Assembly (NCBI GenBank): GCA_054600435.1
Contig: BAAIJX010000010.1
Location: forward strand, 1 to 64,000
Source: Neophaeotheca triangularis
Lineage: Eukaryota
Length of the DNA: 64,000 nt
Direction of reading: 5' to 3'
Shown here: in pieces, positions 1 through 14,380 of the stretch
Numbering within the stretch: the first letter of the stretch is position 1
Layout of the letters: each line of letters starts with the position of its first letter
The notes under the pieces: model-generated
Databases searched by the model: none
What the model was told of the DNA's origin: nothing
Seen by the model: the letters and a program-made list of their open reading frames with translations, nothing else
Translations under genes and position numbers: made by a program

Positions 1-103
1 TTTATTTTTTAGAAAAAAAGACAGATACTGCTGAATTATTATTAAAAATTTTAAGTAAATAATGCCAGACTAATCTAATTATTATTAAGGATAAAAGTAT
101 ATT

Positions 104-104
<1 letters not shown>

Positions 105-147
<43 letters not shown>
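105..147. repeat. Poly-T homopolymer (T43) downstream of nad6
   Basis: Counted directly. Confidence 0.95.
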
Positions 148-149
<2 letters not shown>

Positions 150-178
150 TTATTGGCTGCAGTAATACACATAGCTTG

Positions 179-910
179 TTATTTTTTTATTGTTATTACA
201 ATGGCCCCTACCATGGCTAATAAAAGAATTATAGATGTTATTATTAATCATAGTGGATAACTAGTATATATAATATTACCAATGCTAGTTATATGAGATG
301 TCTCTGCAAGTGCTCCATCTCATATTTGAGAGCTTACAAATAGTACATTATTACTATCATAAGCCCATTGCCCAGAGTAAAAAAAGCTTTTAATAGGATA
401 TAAATTGCTGCTTATATTCATTGCATCATTACCTGTATCCAGTCCTTGTACTAATGAATTTTTTCCTTCTACAGATAAAGATGAGGAAAAGTTACTGTTT
501 ACTCCATAATCATAAAGATTATATATTTCACTGGCATTGGATGGCAATAATTTATATAGCGTGATGTTAAAGAAAATACCAATTGTTATAGCTAAAGGTA
601 TACTATTGCTACTGTCAGTTACAAGCTCAGATATTCTAACGTTGATTAACATTAAAATGAATAAAAATAATATGGATACTGCTCCCACATATACCAATAA
701 ATAGGAGAGTCCTATAAAATTTATACCTAGCATCATTAAATATCCTGCTATATTAAGAAATAGTCCTATTAAAAATAGCACAGATACAATAGGGTTTTTG
801 CTAACAATAACGAATATCCCACACAATACAGACATCCATGTTATAAAGGTTAGTAAATTGTAGCTTAATCCGTTAGTTAAAGTTTCGTTAAATATGTATA
901 GGTTAAGCAT
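179..910 (-). CDS. nad6: NADH dehydrogenase subunit 6 (243 aa, code 4)
   Basis: Motifs KNPIVSVLFLIGLF and YLLVYVGAVSILFLFILMLIN. Reading through TGA at 320 gives WDGALAETSHITSIGNIIYT...LLLAMVGAIVITIKK, with TAA at 179-181. Confidence 0.97.
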
Positions 911-1298
911 GGGTTTTAAATTTATTAATTATCTCATTTTACTAAAAAATATACAAGGCAAGGTACAGTTTTTTTTTTTTTTTTCAGAATACTGAAAAGA
1001 GAAAAAAAAAAAAAAGAAATTAAACAGCGAACAACAGTCTCCTGAAAAAAAAAAAAAGTATAAAGAGAAAACAAACAATTTTGCAGCAAATTATAGTAAC
1101 GAAAGTATATTGCATTGTGAAAATTATAAAAAAAAAAAAAATAAGTTTATTTACGCGAAATAATATATAAATAAATTACATTTATTATTTTATTATCTTT
1201 ATGCAAAAGGTATTACAGTTTATCTCCTTGTTTACCAAAACGAAAAAAAAACATAAAGGTTAGTTGATGAAGGTTAATTAATGAAGTTAATTAACAGT

Positions 1299-3221
1299 TT
1301 AGTAAGTACTTACTCATCCTTTTAATCCAAAAGACCCATTACGCGTCTTTGAAGCTAAACTTGCATGTTGCACATTTGGTTTGCTGCATCCTCTCAATAT
1401 AGCAGAAGAAATACCCTTATAAGAAGAGTCTATGTTTTTTATACTTCCTTTATTTTTTATTTTAAATACAGATCTTGAAGCAGTAAGTCGTTTAGACAAT
1501 CTACCCCCTGCTTCAACTCTCACACCATTTATAACTTTGTGCTTTAAAGTGTCCATAACAAAATTTTGTATTTCACTAGTATTTAATTTTAAACCGTTTA
1601 CTTTTCTATTATGTACACTGTCTATATATCTTGAATAATGCAATTTTGAAGAAGGGGTCTTAACTAGTCTAATAGATTTCTTTAACACCTTCAAAAGTCT
1701 GTTGTTTCTATTTTTTAATTTTGTTTTTATAGATTCTAAAAAGTTATCGTTGTTAAGATGTAGGTATTTCAAATTTATAAAGTTTAATTCAACTTTTTTT
1801 TTATAGATTCTAGATAAAAGACTTTTAAGACCTAGTGAAAATCAACTTTTTAATTTATTACTATTAATAAATAATAATTGCATATAATACAAAATAAGGG
1901 TTTCTTTTTTGTACAGCTTTCTTAGATAATTTTTGTAACACTTTAATTCATATTTTTTGAAATTTTTGTTTTTTCATCTAAGACTTTTTAATATTAATCT
2001 TTTATGGGTTCTGGCTTTTTTCATAACCTCTATACTTTTTTTAGTTATTAAACTTATTTTACGCATCATATTATAACGGTTTTTATTTTTATACACTTTC
2101 ATTATTTTTTTTACACCTCTGCTAGTTCCAGTATTATCATTTGATATACCAAATAACATTTCAGGTGCAAATGAAAATGCATTGTAAGGCCATTGGTTAT
2201 AAGTTTCAAATGCATTATTTTCTAAATTATGAGATAGGGGGTAAGTTTTACAAAAGTTTATTAATTTGTAAAAAAAAAATTTTTTTTTCTTGTTATTTTT
2301 TACTTTTTTACTTTTTTTTTCTTCTTGAGTATGCTCTTTATCCAGTAAACTGCCGGATAGCTCAGAGGGAGATAAAGGCAAGAAACATGAAGCCGCTGTT
2401 TTTCCTTGTTTACTATTTTGCGAGCAAAGAAAAGGCGGTATAATTCTTTTATTTACTTTACTTATTTTACTATTGTAATAATTAAGTAAAGAAACTCTCC
2501 TTTTTCTTACTACGGTTTTATTTAAACGCTTTTTACGGCGTATGGCTCCACCACCACCCACCATACTTTTTTTCATTCTATGTTTTTTTACTACTTCTTT
2601 TTTGTTATTTAAAAGGTTTTTACCCAAATTTTTTAGTTTAAATAGTAATAGTTTTTTATTTCTATTGTACAGATAAACATTTAATATAACCTTGTTATTA
2701 GTGTGTTTAATCTCTGGTTTACTAGGCAGTATACGGTTCAGTGACAACCGTTTGAATCTTACCTGAACACGGCTAGATTTTTTTCTTTTGATTTTGTTTA
2801 GATTAAAATAACTATTTATTAATCTATTAACTGTTTTATTTGATCTAGAAAAAAGTTTGTTATTGTTTGTGTTGTATGTATAAACACTATTTATTCACTC
2901 ATTTGAAGCAGGTACATTATGTTTTTGTTCACCCTGCAAGTTTATAATTTGTTCAGGTTCATTCAACTCTAGTGTGCTAGTATTGTTTAATTTTAATAAA
3001 CTAGGATGGAAAACCATATATTCAGGTATTTTTTGCTCCATATTAGTAGTTGTGGCTGAAAAATTTTTGGTATTACTTGGATCACCGATTGCTATTAAAT
3101 TGTTTAAATTATGAAAGGGGCTTTTCGAGACCCTTATTTCATCATTTATGGCGAGAGAAACATCATTAGGATACGTTGCATTGTTGAAATAATCTGTAGT
3201 TTGTAGTATGTTGTTTTTCAT
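1299..3221 (-). CDS. rps3: Mitochondrial ribosomal protein S3, free-standing (640 aa, code 4)
   Basis: ORF pieces 2895-3221, 1974-2747 and 1314-1772 share one frame and are separated only by TGA. Motifs: PASNEWINSVYTYN, KHTNNKVILNVYLYN, IYKKKVELNFINLKYLHLN, GVRVEAGGRLSKRLTASRS, SKTRNGSFGLKGWVSTY*. Confidence 0.93.
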
Positions 3222-3878
3222 TGGTTTATCTTATAATTTAAATATATGTTTTCATAAAAGCCAGTTTTTTATCCTAATTATATAAAGGCATGTAGCATAC
3301 AACTACCTGTTTATTCCTAAAAAAAAAGATATATATACGCTGGTATTTGCACCGGCAATATATGGATAGTATTTCTGGCATAGCACTAAAAAAAATTCCT
3401 TATTATTTTCTCTTTTTTCCATTATAACATTTGGCAAATAAGGTATAGTTTTCTTTGACAAAAAAGGCACAATTCTTGTACTTTTTTTAATACAAATTTA
3501 TTTTTTTTTCTATTGAACACAAATAAGCCAGTTTCAGTAGCTCTTATAAAACTAAAATAAAACTTAATAAAGACTAATTTTTTCATTTATGTAGAAATTT
3601 TCTGTTAATATTCAAAGATTTATCTTTATTTAGTATATTCAAAAAGCACTGGACTTTCCCTTTAACTAAATATAGTATTATTACTTATATTAATTTCTTA
3701 CAATAAGGTGGTTAAATTTTTTGTGTCACAACATACTTTAATTTTTTGTTCTTTTTCCTGTTATCCAATTACGTCCAGGAAGTAGCTATTTTTTTTTTTT
3801 TATTTGCATTTTTTTTTATTTCTGTTGATCTAACATAATAGAAAAAATAACACCAACCTGTGTTACCTTAAGTAAAAT

Positions 3879-4646
3879 TTAGTGTAACTCAAGAGCATCT
3901 TTTATGTAAGAACAAGATAATACTACAAAAACCTGTGCTTGAATAAAGGCTATTCCTAACTCTAAACCTGAGAAAGCTATTATAAAAGCTAAAGGGAAAA
4001 ATCCTAAAAAGAAAAACACAAATCCTGATGTCATGATGTTATATGTGAAACCACTTAAAATGTTTAGAAGCATGTGCCCTGATAGTATGTTTGCTGCTAA
4101 TCTTAAACCTAATGATACATTTCTAGCAAGGTAAGAAATAAATTCTATAAGTACCAATAAAGGTAATAAACCTAATGGACAACCAGCAGGAACAAATAGA
4201 GAGAAAAATTCTAATCCATGTCTGCTAAGCCCCAGTATAGTAGCTCCAAGAACAACTGAAAAACTAAGTGAGAAAGTTAAAATAAAATGGCTAGTAGAGG
4301 CGAAACTATAAGGAACCATTCCTATTAAATTATTTACTAAAATAAATACAAATAGCACATATATAAATGGAAAGTATACTTGTCCTCTTTTTTCGTTTAT
4401 TTGGCTGATAACTATACCATGCACAGTAGCATATATAGACTCCTGAGATATTGATCAAGCATTTGAAACTACTTTATTGTTATTAGTAGAAACAAGATTT
4501 AACACAAAAACGATATATCCTGCTATAGTTAGGTATAGGCCAATATTTGTTAAAGATAGTGATAGATTTCCCAGAATAGGAGCATTTAGGCTTAATAAAT
4601 TTCTTATTTCAAATTGATCTAATGGACTTGTTATAAAATATGTCAT
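3879..4646 (-). CDS. atp6: ATP synthase F0 subunit a (255 aa, code 4)
   Basis: SPLDQFEIR N-terminus and SYLARNVSLGLRLAANILSGH; the two ORF pieces join in frame through TGA at 4455. Confidence 0.98.
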
Positions 4647-4786
4647 AGAAAAAAAAAAAAATACACATTTATTTAAATATTTACTGTAACATTAATGTTT
4701 TTACAATTTTTTCTTTTCTTTTTTTTTCTCCTTTGTTATGTCCGGCATACAGCAGATTCCAAGATACTCAAAAAAAAAAACAACAA

Positions 4787-4933
4787 TTATAATTTACTTA
4801 TGAATACTCGTGTAGAAAATAAACGTACAAATCTAGGTAAAATATACTTTGAAAATACGTAAATTAATAGTACAAGTATTGCAAATGCAAATGTTACTTG
4901 GTTTACAAAATAAAATGGTACTAATTGAGGCAT
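4787..4933 (-). CDS. atp8: ATP synthase subunit 8 (48 aa; absent from the ORF track)
   Basis: Manual translation [48 protein letters not shown], with the canonical MPQL start. Confidence 0.98.
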   Translation of the reverse strand: MPQLVPFYFVNQVTFAFAILVLLIYVFSKYILPRFVRLFSTRVFISKL

Positions 4934-5429
4934 GTTGTTAGATAATGTAATAATTGTCATGGAATATAGTACAACGCAATTTAATTAAAAATAAGAGTTT
5001 GAAAGGCAAAGTTTTAGTAGTAAATGGGCCATGTATTCAAATGAATATGTTTATTAAAATACTAGAACCAATGACCGATTAGTGAAAAAAAAAAAAAAAA
5101 AGTGTGGCACTTACACTAATACTGGGATTGCCACTGGCATTGGTTTTGGCACTAGCACTGACAATAAAAATGTACAAGACTTATGTTGGCATAATGTAGA
5201 GAAAAAAGGACATTTGCAATATAGTATAATGCTTATTTTTTTTTTTTTTTTTATTTGGAAGGAAACTTGCCAGGCTACTGGTATTGTTATTAATAATAAA
5301 GCATGAAATCCTCCTGCAAACATAGCATGTAAAACTTTAAATAAATAATTCAAAGAAACATGTTAAAAGTAAATACAATTAATATATTTCTTAAAAATTA
5401 TTAACTTGTATAATTTAATGTTAAACAAT

Positions 5430-5810
5430 TTATTTTGTATATGAAGACTCATTATTCTGTCTGCTATCTATAGATAATGCGTTTTTACCTAGTTCAAATG
5501 CAAACCCTAGTGTTAACACTAGAAAAAAGATAAGCATTATTATTAAACCAAATATACCATTAACGTATGCGCTAACTATATAAGGATATACTAGCAATAT
5601 TTCTAAATCAAAAAGTAAAAACAACAGAGCAAAAATAAAGAAAGATATACTAAACTCACTTCTATTCTGACCTAAAAATGAATGGAAACCACACTCAAAA
5701 GCACTGTCTTTTTCTTCGTAAGGATTGTGAGGTGCTAGAATTAAATTAACTGCCAACAAAATACCAGCAAGTATAGGTATAAAAATTAAGAAAAAAGTTT
5801 GACTTGTCAT
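5430..5810 (-). CDS. nad3: NADH dehydrogenase subunit 3
   Basis: Motifs EKDSAFECGF and LLFLLFDLEILLVYP; its ATG directly abuts the nad2 stop (TAAATG). Confidence 0.98.
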   Translation of the reverse strand: MTSQTFFLIFIPILAGILLAVNLILAPHNPYEEKDSAFECGFHSFLGQNRSEFSISFFIFALLFLLFDLEILLVYPYIVSAYVNGIFGLIIMLIFFLVLTLGFAFELGKNALSIDSRQNNESSYTK

Positions 5811-7526
5811 TTAAGATTTAAACAGAATAAGGGTCAAGATACTAACTATATTAAATCATTCTTCTGGTATATATATAAACAGTATTAATAAAAGCGTTAA
5901 TACAGATATGCAACTGCTTAGTGAACTGCTTATTGTTATGTCTTCTGGTTTAAAAACTATCTTTTCTTTGTTTTTCGTTTCTGTTCCTGTCTCCTGAATA
6001 GGCAAGACATAGGCTACTAGATTTAGGTTGCTAATTGAAGGGTTTTGCTTGTAATTATCTTTATAAAAGAAAATTTGTTTTATTAAATTTAAGTAATACC
6101 CTGCTCCTATTACACTTGTTAATATTGCAACCAATGTTATAAAGATATAACCACTGTCTAAAGCTGCACTTAAAACCATTTGTTTAGCAAAAAAACCTAT
6201 GAGAGGAGGTATTCCTACAAATGAGAATAATGTTATTGCTAAACTTATGGCAATAAAGGGGTTTATATAAAAATATCCTTTTATTTGACTTATTAATTGT
6301 ATAGGTGAATTGTTTTTATCTGTCAAATCTTCTTTATATTCTTTTTCTTTGTATACATATAGGTACAATGAAAAACCTATGCTTATTAGTATAATAAAAG
6401 CATTTAGATTTGAAATAGAGTATTGTAAGATATAAAATATGTATGCTTGTATAGATTCTACGCTGTTTATAGATAACGCTAACAAAATAAAACCTACATG
6501 GCTTATTGTACTGTATGCAAATAATCTTTTTATTCTAAACTGTGTCAATCCTAAAACAGATCCTATTATCAAAGAAAATAAACTACTTAATAGTAATATA
6601 CTTTTTCAAGAAAAATCAAAAAATGAGTGCTCTGTGTAGTATACTAATTCTAAGAAAAAGGCAAAGATTGATATTTTTGCAACAATGGCAACATAAGTTG
6701 TTACTATTGTAGGAATACCATCATAAACGTCTGGAGATCAAAAGTGGAAAGGGGCTGCACTAATCTTGAAAAGAAATCCTACTGACAGAATTATAAGAGA
6801 CAAATGTAGGTAATGTGGTTGATATCATAGCATTAGTACAGACGATGTTTCTTCTATTTGACTTATAGCACTTATTACATAAATATTGTCCAGGTTAGTT
6901 GTACCACAATTTGCGTATAATAGCGCAGATCCTAATAAAATAAAACATGATGATAACCCTCCCAATAAGAAATAAGTTAAACCACTTGCGGTAGCTGATT
7001 CTGAATCTCTATATAAAGTAGATAATATGTACAAACCATAACTCTGTAATTCTATAGAAAGAAATATAGATACCAAATCACCAGTACTCATAAGAAATAC
7101 TGCTCCACATAAGATAAATACTGTTATTAATGCATACTCAATTATACGGAATTGTTCTCCCATCTTGTTTGATATAACAGTTTTATTGTATGATATTTTC
7201 TTATTTAAAAGGAAAGATAATAAATGTGTAAAAGATGAAAGTTGTTTAAAAAAAACTTTTCTAGGATAAAATGCAGTAAGTGTAAGTATTACTGCGCTAA
7301 TTGAAAAAATAAATATGTTAAATGTTTGGCTAAATGTTGTAACATTAAATAAACCACCAAATATTCCTATACCTTTATCTAGTGAGTTTACAAATAAATT
7401 ATTATAAGCTGTAAATATAGTTAAAATCAAACTTTGAATAACAATTCTAGAAAATAATATAGATCTATCTCGTCTTGATGTAACGGCATTTGATAAAAGT
7501 AAAAAAATTAATAAAGATATTAGCAA
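5811..7526 (-). CDS. nad2: NADH dehydrogenase subunit 2 (571 aa, code 4; start codon uncertain, TTG used here)
   Basis: [42 protein letters not shown] and [15 protein letters not shown] lie in one frame with only TGA interruptions. Confidence 0.96.
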
Positions 7527-7635
7527 TAAATAGCATTAAGTTTTGAACTTAAGTTACACTGGATAAAAGACAGAAAAAGAGAAAAATATTTTTTTTTTTT
7601 TTTTTATTTATTTGTGATATCGCTTGTATACTTGT

Positions 7636-10862
<3,227 letters not shown>

Positions 10863-11188
10863 AAAAAAAAAAAAATTAAGTGTATAATGCAAATAACATA
10901 AAAATATTTTATAAGAAAAACCTGTCTACACTAGAGGTATAAAAGTTTTACATAAAAACAATTTTATCTATTAGACATATGTAATTATCAGATATATTAT
11001 AATAAAGTGAGGGATAGTTAACGGTCAGTAGTCATATATAAAAACCAATTTGGTGTATTTTTAGGAAAAACATTAACCTTGTTATAAATTATGAAAAGTA
11101 CAATACTGTACTAGCTTCTACTAACTCTAGAAAAATAAGTTATTTACATTGTTTTTTTTCCTTTTTTTTATAGAGGAGCTACATGCAA

Positions 11189-11261
11189 TAAGGAATAGGT
11201 GATTCGAACACCTAGCCTTCCGTGTGTAAAACGGTTGCTCCACCAATTGAGCTAATTCCTT
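11189..11261 (-). tRNA. trnV: tRNA-Val (UAC)
   Basis: Cloverleaf AAGGAAT...ATTCCTT, anticodon arm CCGT-TTTACAC-ACGG, T loop TTCGAAT. Confidence 0.95.
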
Positions 11262-11320
11262 TTTTTATAATAAATGGTGTATTATCAAGGTTACAAACAA
11301 ATAAAAAAAAAATATAATAA

Positions 11321-11408
11321 CAGAGAATATCCGATTCGAACGGATGTTAGTACACTATACTAAAATAAGACTCAAGCTTATCGCCATAAACCACTCGGCC
11401 AATTCTCT
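11321..11408 (-). tRNA. trnS: tRNA-Ser (UGA), long variable arm
   Basis: AGAGAAT acceptor stem, ATAAG-CTTGAGT-CTTAT anticodon arm, ATCCG-TTCGAAT-CGGAT T arm. Confidence 0.95.
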
Positions 11409-11460
11409 TGTGTTTAGTAAAAATAAGAAAAAAAAAAATATAAAAGATTAGCTAAAGATT

Positions 11461-11532
11461 TAATTCCTCGATGACTTGAACATCGAACATACTCTTATCA
11501 AAAGTACACTTTACCTATTAAGTTAAGGAATC
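11461..11532 (-). tRNA. trnI: tRNA-Ile (GAU)
   Basis: TACTT-TTGATAA-GAGTA anticodon arm, CGATG-TTCAAGT-CATCG T arm. Confidence 0.95.
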
Positions 11533-11540
11533 CGTATATA

Positions 11541-11612
11541 CAAGAGCACTCAGACTTGAACTGAGAATTTGAAGGTTGAAGCTTCCTATTTTGCCAATTA
11601 AACTATACTCTT
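11541..11612 (-). tRNA. trnW: tRNA-Trp (UCA), reads TGA as Trp
   Basis: GAAG-CTTCAAC-CTTC anticodon arm, CTCAG-TTCAAGT-CTGAG T arm. Confidence 0.95.
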
Positions 11613-11744
11613 TACAGTCGCAACAATCAAAAAAAAAAAAAAACGGGTGTTTGTTACAACTATATTTATTCTACTTTCTATCTTACTACTACCCCTAATC
11701 CTGTTTCTGTGGTACCTCATATTACCGTCAGCTATCAAGGAAAG

Positions 11745-11825
11745 CGGAAAAGAATGGAATTGAACCATCAGGTGTTTAAACACAATATTTAGCAAATATC
11801 TCGCCTTACCAATGGCAACTTTTCC
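11745..11825 (-). tRNA. trnS: tRNA-Ser (GCU)
   Basis: GGAAAAG/CTTTTCC acceptor stem, anticodon loop TTGCTAA, variable arm GTGTTTAAACAC. Confidence 0.92.
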
Positions 11826-11938
11826 TGTTAATTATACTTTTTTTTAAGTATGTTACAATAAAAATCTTGTTTTTTTGTCACCTATCTCCAGGAGTTTGCT
11901 GTATGCTGTACAGGACAGTGGAGGAAACAGAATGGTCA

Positions 11939-12009
11939 CGAGTTAAGCCGGCTTCGATCCGACATCCTCTTTCTCGACAAGAAAGCCCTTTACCAATTAA
12001 GCGATTAAC

Positions 12010-12011
<2 letters not shown>
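11939..12011 (-). tRNA. trnD: tRNA-Asp (GUC)
   Basis: GAGTTAA/TTAACTC acceptor stem, CTTTC-TTGTCGA-GAAAG anticodon arm. Confidence 0.93.
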
Positions 12012-12071
<60 letters not shown>

Positions 12072-12131
12072 TTATTTTTTTTTTTTGTTTTTTTTCCCAA
12101 CGTAACCCCCCCCCCCCCCCCCCCCCCCCCC
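12012..12131. repeat. Homopolymer junction between mitochondrial and nuclear DNA: T-rich tract (T48 at 12023-12070) then C26 (12106-12131)
   Basis: Counted directly; base composition switches here. Confidence 0.95.
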
Positions 12132-12159
12132 TCCACTTCCCACGACGCAACGACTCGAC

Positions 12160-12610
12160 CGCCTGCCTGCCTGCCTGCTTGGTTTCCAGCCCGCCTGCCT
12201 GTGCCCAGCGTGCCGGCGCGTGGATGCTGCTTCTAACCAGCTCACAAGACGAGCGAAGGGGATATCTCCCACGGGCCGGGCGGTCGGAGAGCCATGGGAG
12301 GGTGTCTCTTGAAAGCGCGATGAGGGCTGAGGGATGAACCGCAGCGGCCTGAGAGTTTTCGGGTGAGGTGAGGTGAGGTGAAGTGAGGTGAGGTGAGGTG
12401 AGCCAGCAGGACTCTGGTGGGAAAGCTGCTGTATTGTTATCTATTTATCTCTCTATCTATCTATCTATATAGCTAGCTAGCTAGTTCTGGATAAAGCTCA
12501 ACGCCGCTCGAAAGGCCCGTGGGTTCCCCCCCTTTCGCGTTTCCGTGGGCCTTCTTGCTGGTTGTGGTGGCTAGTTGGCTAGCTGGCTACCTACCTACCT
12601 ACCTACTTAC
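12160..12610. repeat. Microsatellite cluster: (GCCT)n, (GGTGA)~8 at 12362-12402, (TATC)n/(TAGC)n at about 12438-12484, (CTAC)n at about 12587-12606
   Basis: Seen directly. Confidence 0.9.
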
Positions 12611-13313
12611 ATTATCTGGCTTGTCCCGGGGCCTGGTGGTTGTACGGAAGCGACACGCGCAGCTTGGAGTCTCAGGGGTTGGAGAGGCTGGCTGGTGGGT
12701 TTGGCACTGCGATGGCTGATGTTACGTTTCGACGAGGGTACCGTGCAGCACGCCGAAGCTCTCGCAGGGCCGTGTTTCTTTTTCTTGCTGAGGGCTGCTT
12801 TGGTTGTTTGACGATTGGCAGTAGCTTGTGCGGCGTTTGGTCTTTCGGTCTTGAGGGGATTCACTGGTTACGATTGTGTTGAGCGAGGTTCTAGAGGGTT
12901 TTAGGTATGTAGTCGCGTGAGTCCGCTCCTTATGAAGCGTGTGTGCTTTTTATTAGATGAGGGATGGTAAGATCAAAGGCGACGAGTCTGTGCTCGTTTA
13001 TACGACGCCTTATTAAAAACCCTCCTGTTTAGATTGACACTTGAGACCCTGAAGACAAAGAGAGGTAGATTCATTCTATAAGCTTATCGATAAGGTGTAG
13101 TTGCGGCAATACGTCATGATATGACCTCGACGAAATACATATAGTCAACCGAATAAAACAACTTTGAATAGAAACTCTTCCAAGACAAAAGAAAAAGCCC
13201 AATATATTCTATCCGACCCTCTACCGTCCCGAGCATCACCAAAGAATAACGCAGCGTCGCATCCTCAGAACCCTCGAATCCCTAAAAACCCCCAAAGCCC
13301 ACAAACCCCAACC

Positions 13314-13781
13314 ATGGGTCTCAAACAAGAACAACCGTCCGGCAACCCCGAAGACCAAACCGCCACTACCACCACCGACCCAAAACCCCGCCCCCAACTG
13401 CCCCCGGAAGCCCTAGAATTAGCAACCAAACTCTTCGACCACGCGCGCCAAGGCCAAACCCCAGAACTGTCCGCCTACCTCAGCGCCGGCATCCCCCCCA
13501 ACCTCACCAACCACAAAGGCGACACCCTGGTCATGCTAGCCGCTTACCACGGCCACGCGGACACGGTGCAGATGCTGATCGACCAGGGCGCGGACTTGGA
13601 CGTCCTTAACGATCGCGGTCAGAGTCCCGTGGCTGGCGCGGTTTTCAAGGGGTTTGGGGAGGTTGTGAGGGTTATGGCGGCGGCTGGGGCGGATTTGGCC
13701 GCCGGGCAGCCGAATGCTGTTGAGTGTGCTAGGATGTTTAATCGGGGGGATATGTTGCGGTTGTTTAGGGTGGAGGAGTGA
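13314..13781 (+). CDS. Small ankyrin-repeat protein (155 aa, intronless)
   Basis: Ankyrin repeats GDTLVMLAAYHGHADTVQMLIDQGAD and NDRGQSPVAGAVFKG; ACCATGG start context. Confidence 0.9.
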   Translation: MGLKQEQPSGNPEDQTATTTTDPKPRPQLPPEALELATKLFDHARQGQTPELSAYLSAGIPPNLTNHKGDTLVMLAAYHGHADTVQMLIDQGADLDVLNDRGQSPVAGAVFKGFGEVVRVMAAAGADLAAGQPNAVECARMFNRGDMLRLFRVEE

Positions 13782-14380
13782 GTGGGTTTCCCGGAGGGGT
13801 GGGGTGGGCGGTGGCGGGCAGTGGTTGTGGGAGGTCGGTTGCTTGTTTAGGGGAGCGGCTTTGAGGGGTTGGGGGGGAGGGAAGTCAGGTTGGAGGATGG
13901 TGGTGTGGGCAGGGTGGATGTTGATGTGTGAGCAGCGGGGCATCCCCGTGGTGTTAGAGGCGTCTGGCGTGAAAGTCTCATTGGTGCCTCCGAATAAAGG
14001 CTTGGGTGCCCGGCGTACCCAGGTAACGACAGCAGGCGTTCCACACGGCCATGGAAAGGTCGCTAAGGCTAGTGAGTCTGCTTTCTTTACCAAGGAACAC
14101 TGAGCTGTGACCTAGTATAGGGTTCGAGGTATGTAGAATAGGAGAGATGAGACGACGTAGACTGTACGAGTATACGAAACACGGAGACAGCATTAACAGA
14201 GGCTACTTCGTCAGTACTTCAGCACGTGCAATTAGAAACACTAGCTACTTTCGTAATACATTTCTTGCGGCAGAACGTCATCGGGGCGAGCCCTATGACT
14301 TGCCACCCGATGCATGGTCTTCCCCTTACAGCGAGCATATCACAGAGCCACCGGAGAGCCCTCGGTAGACAGCAAAGCAA

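Noticed and set aside
5082..5353. 74-80 aa ORFs between nad3 and atp8 as possible atp9 (TGIATGIGFG resembles the Gly-rich helix)
   Set aside because: No RNP loop, no conserved Glu helix, and the frames depend on homopolymer runs; atp9 is not seen in this window
12096..12131. CCCAACGTAACCCCC as a degenerate telomere (CCCTAA)n
   Set aside because: Not one perfect unit and no tandem array; it is mostly a C homopolymer
11867..12337. ORFs spanning the junction (poly-Phe/Pro, poly-Lys/Gly)
   Set aside because: Translations of homopolymers that overlap trnD
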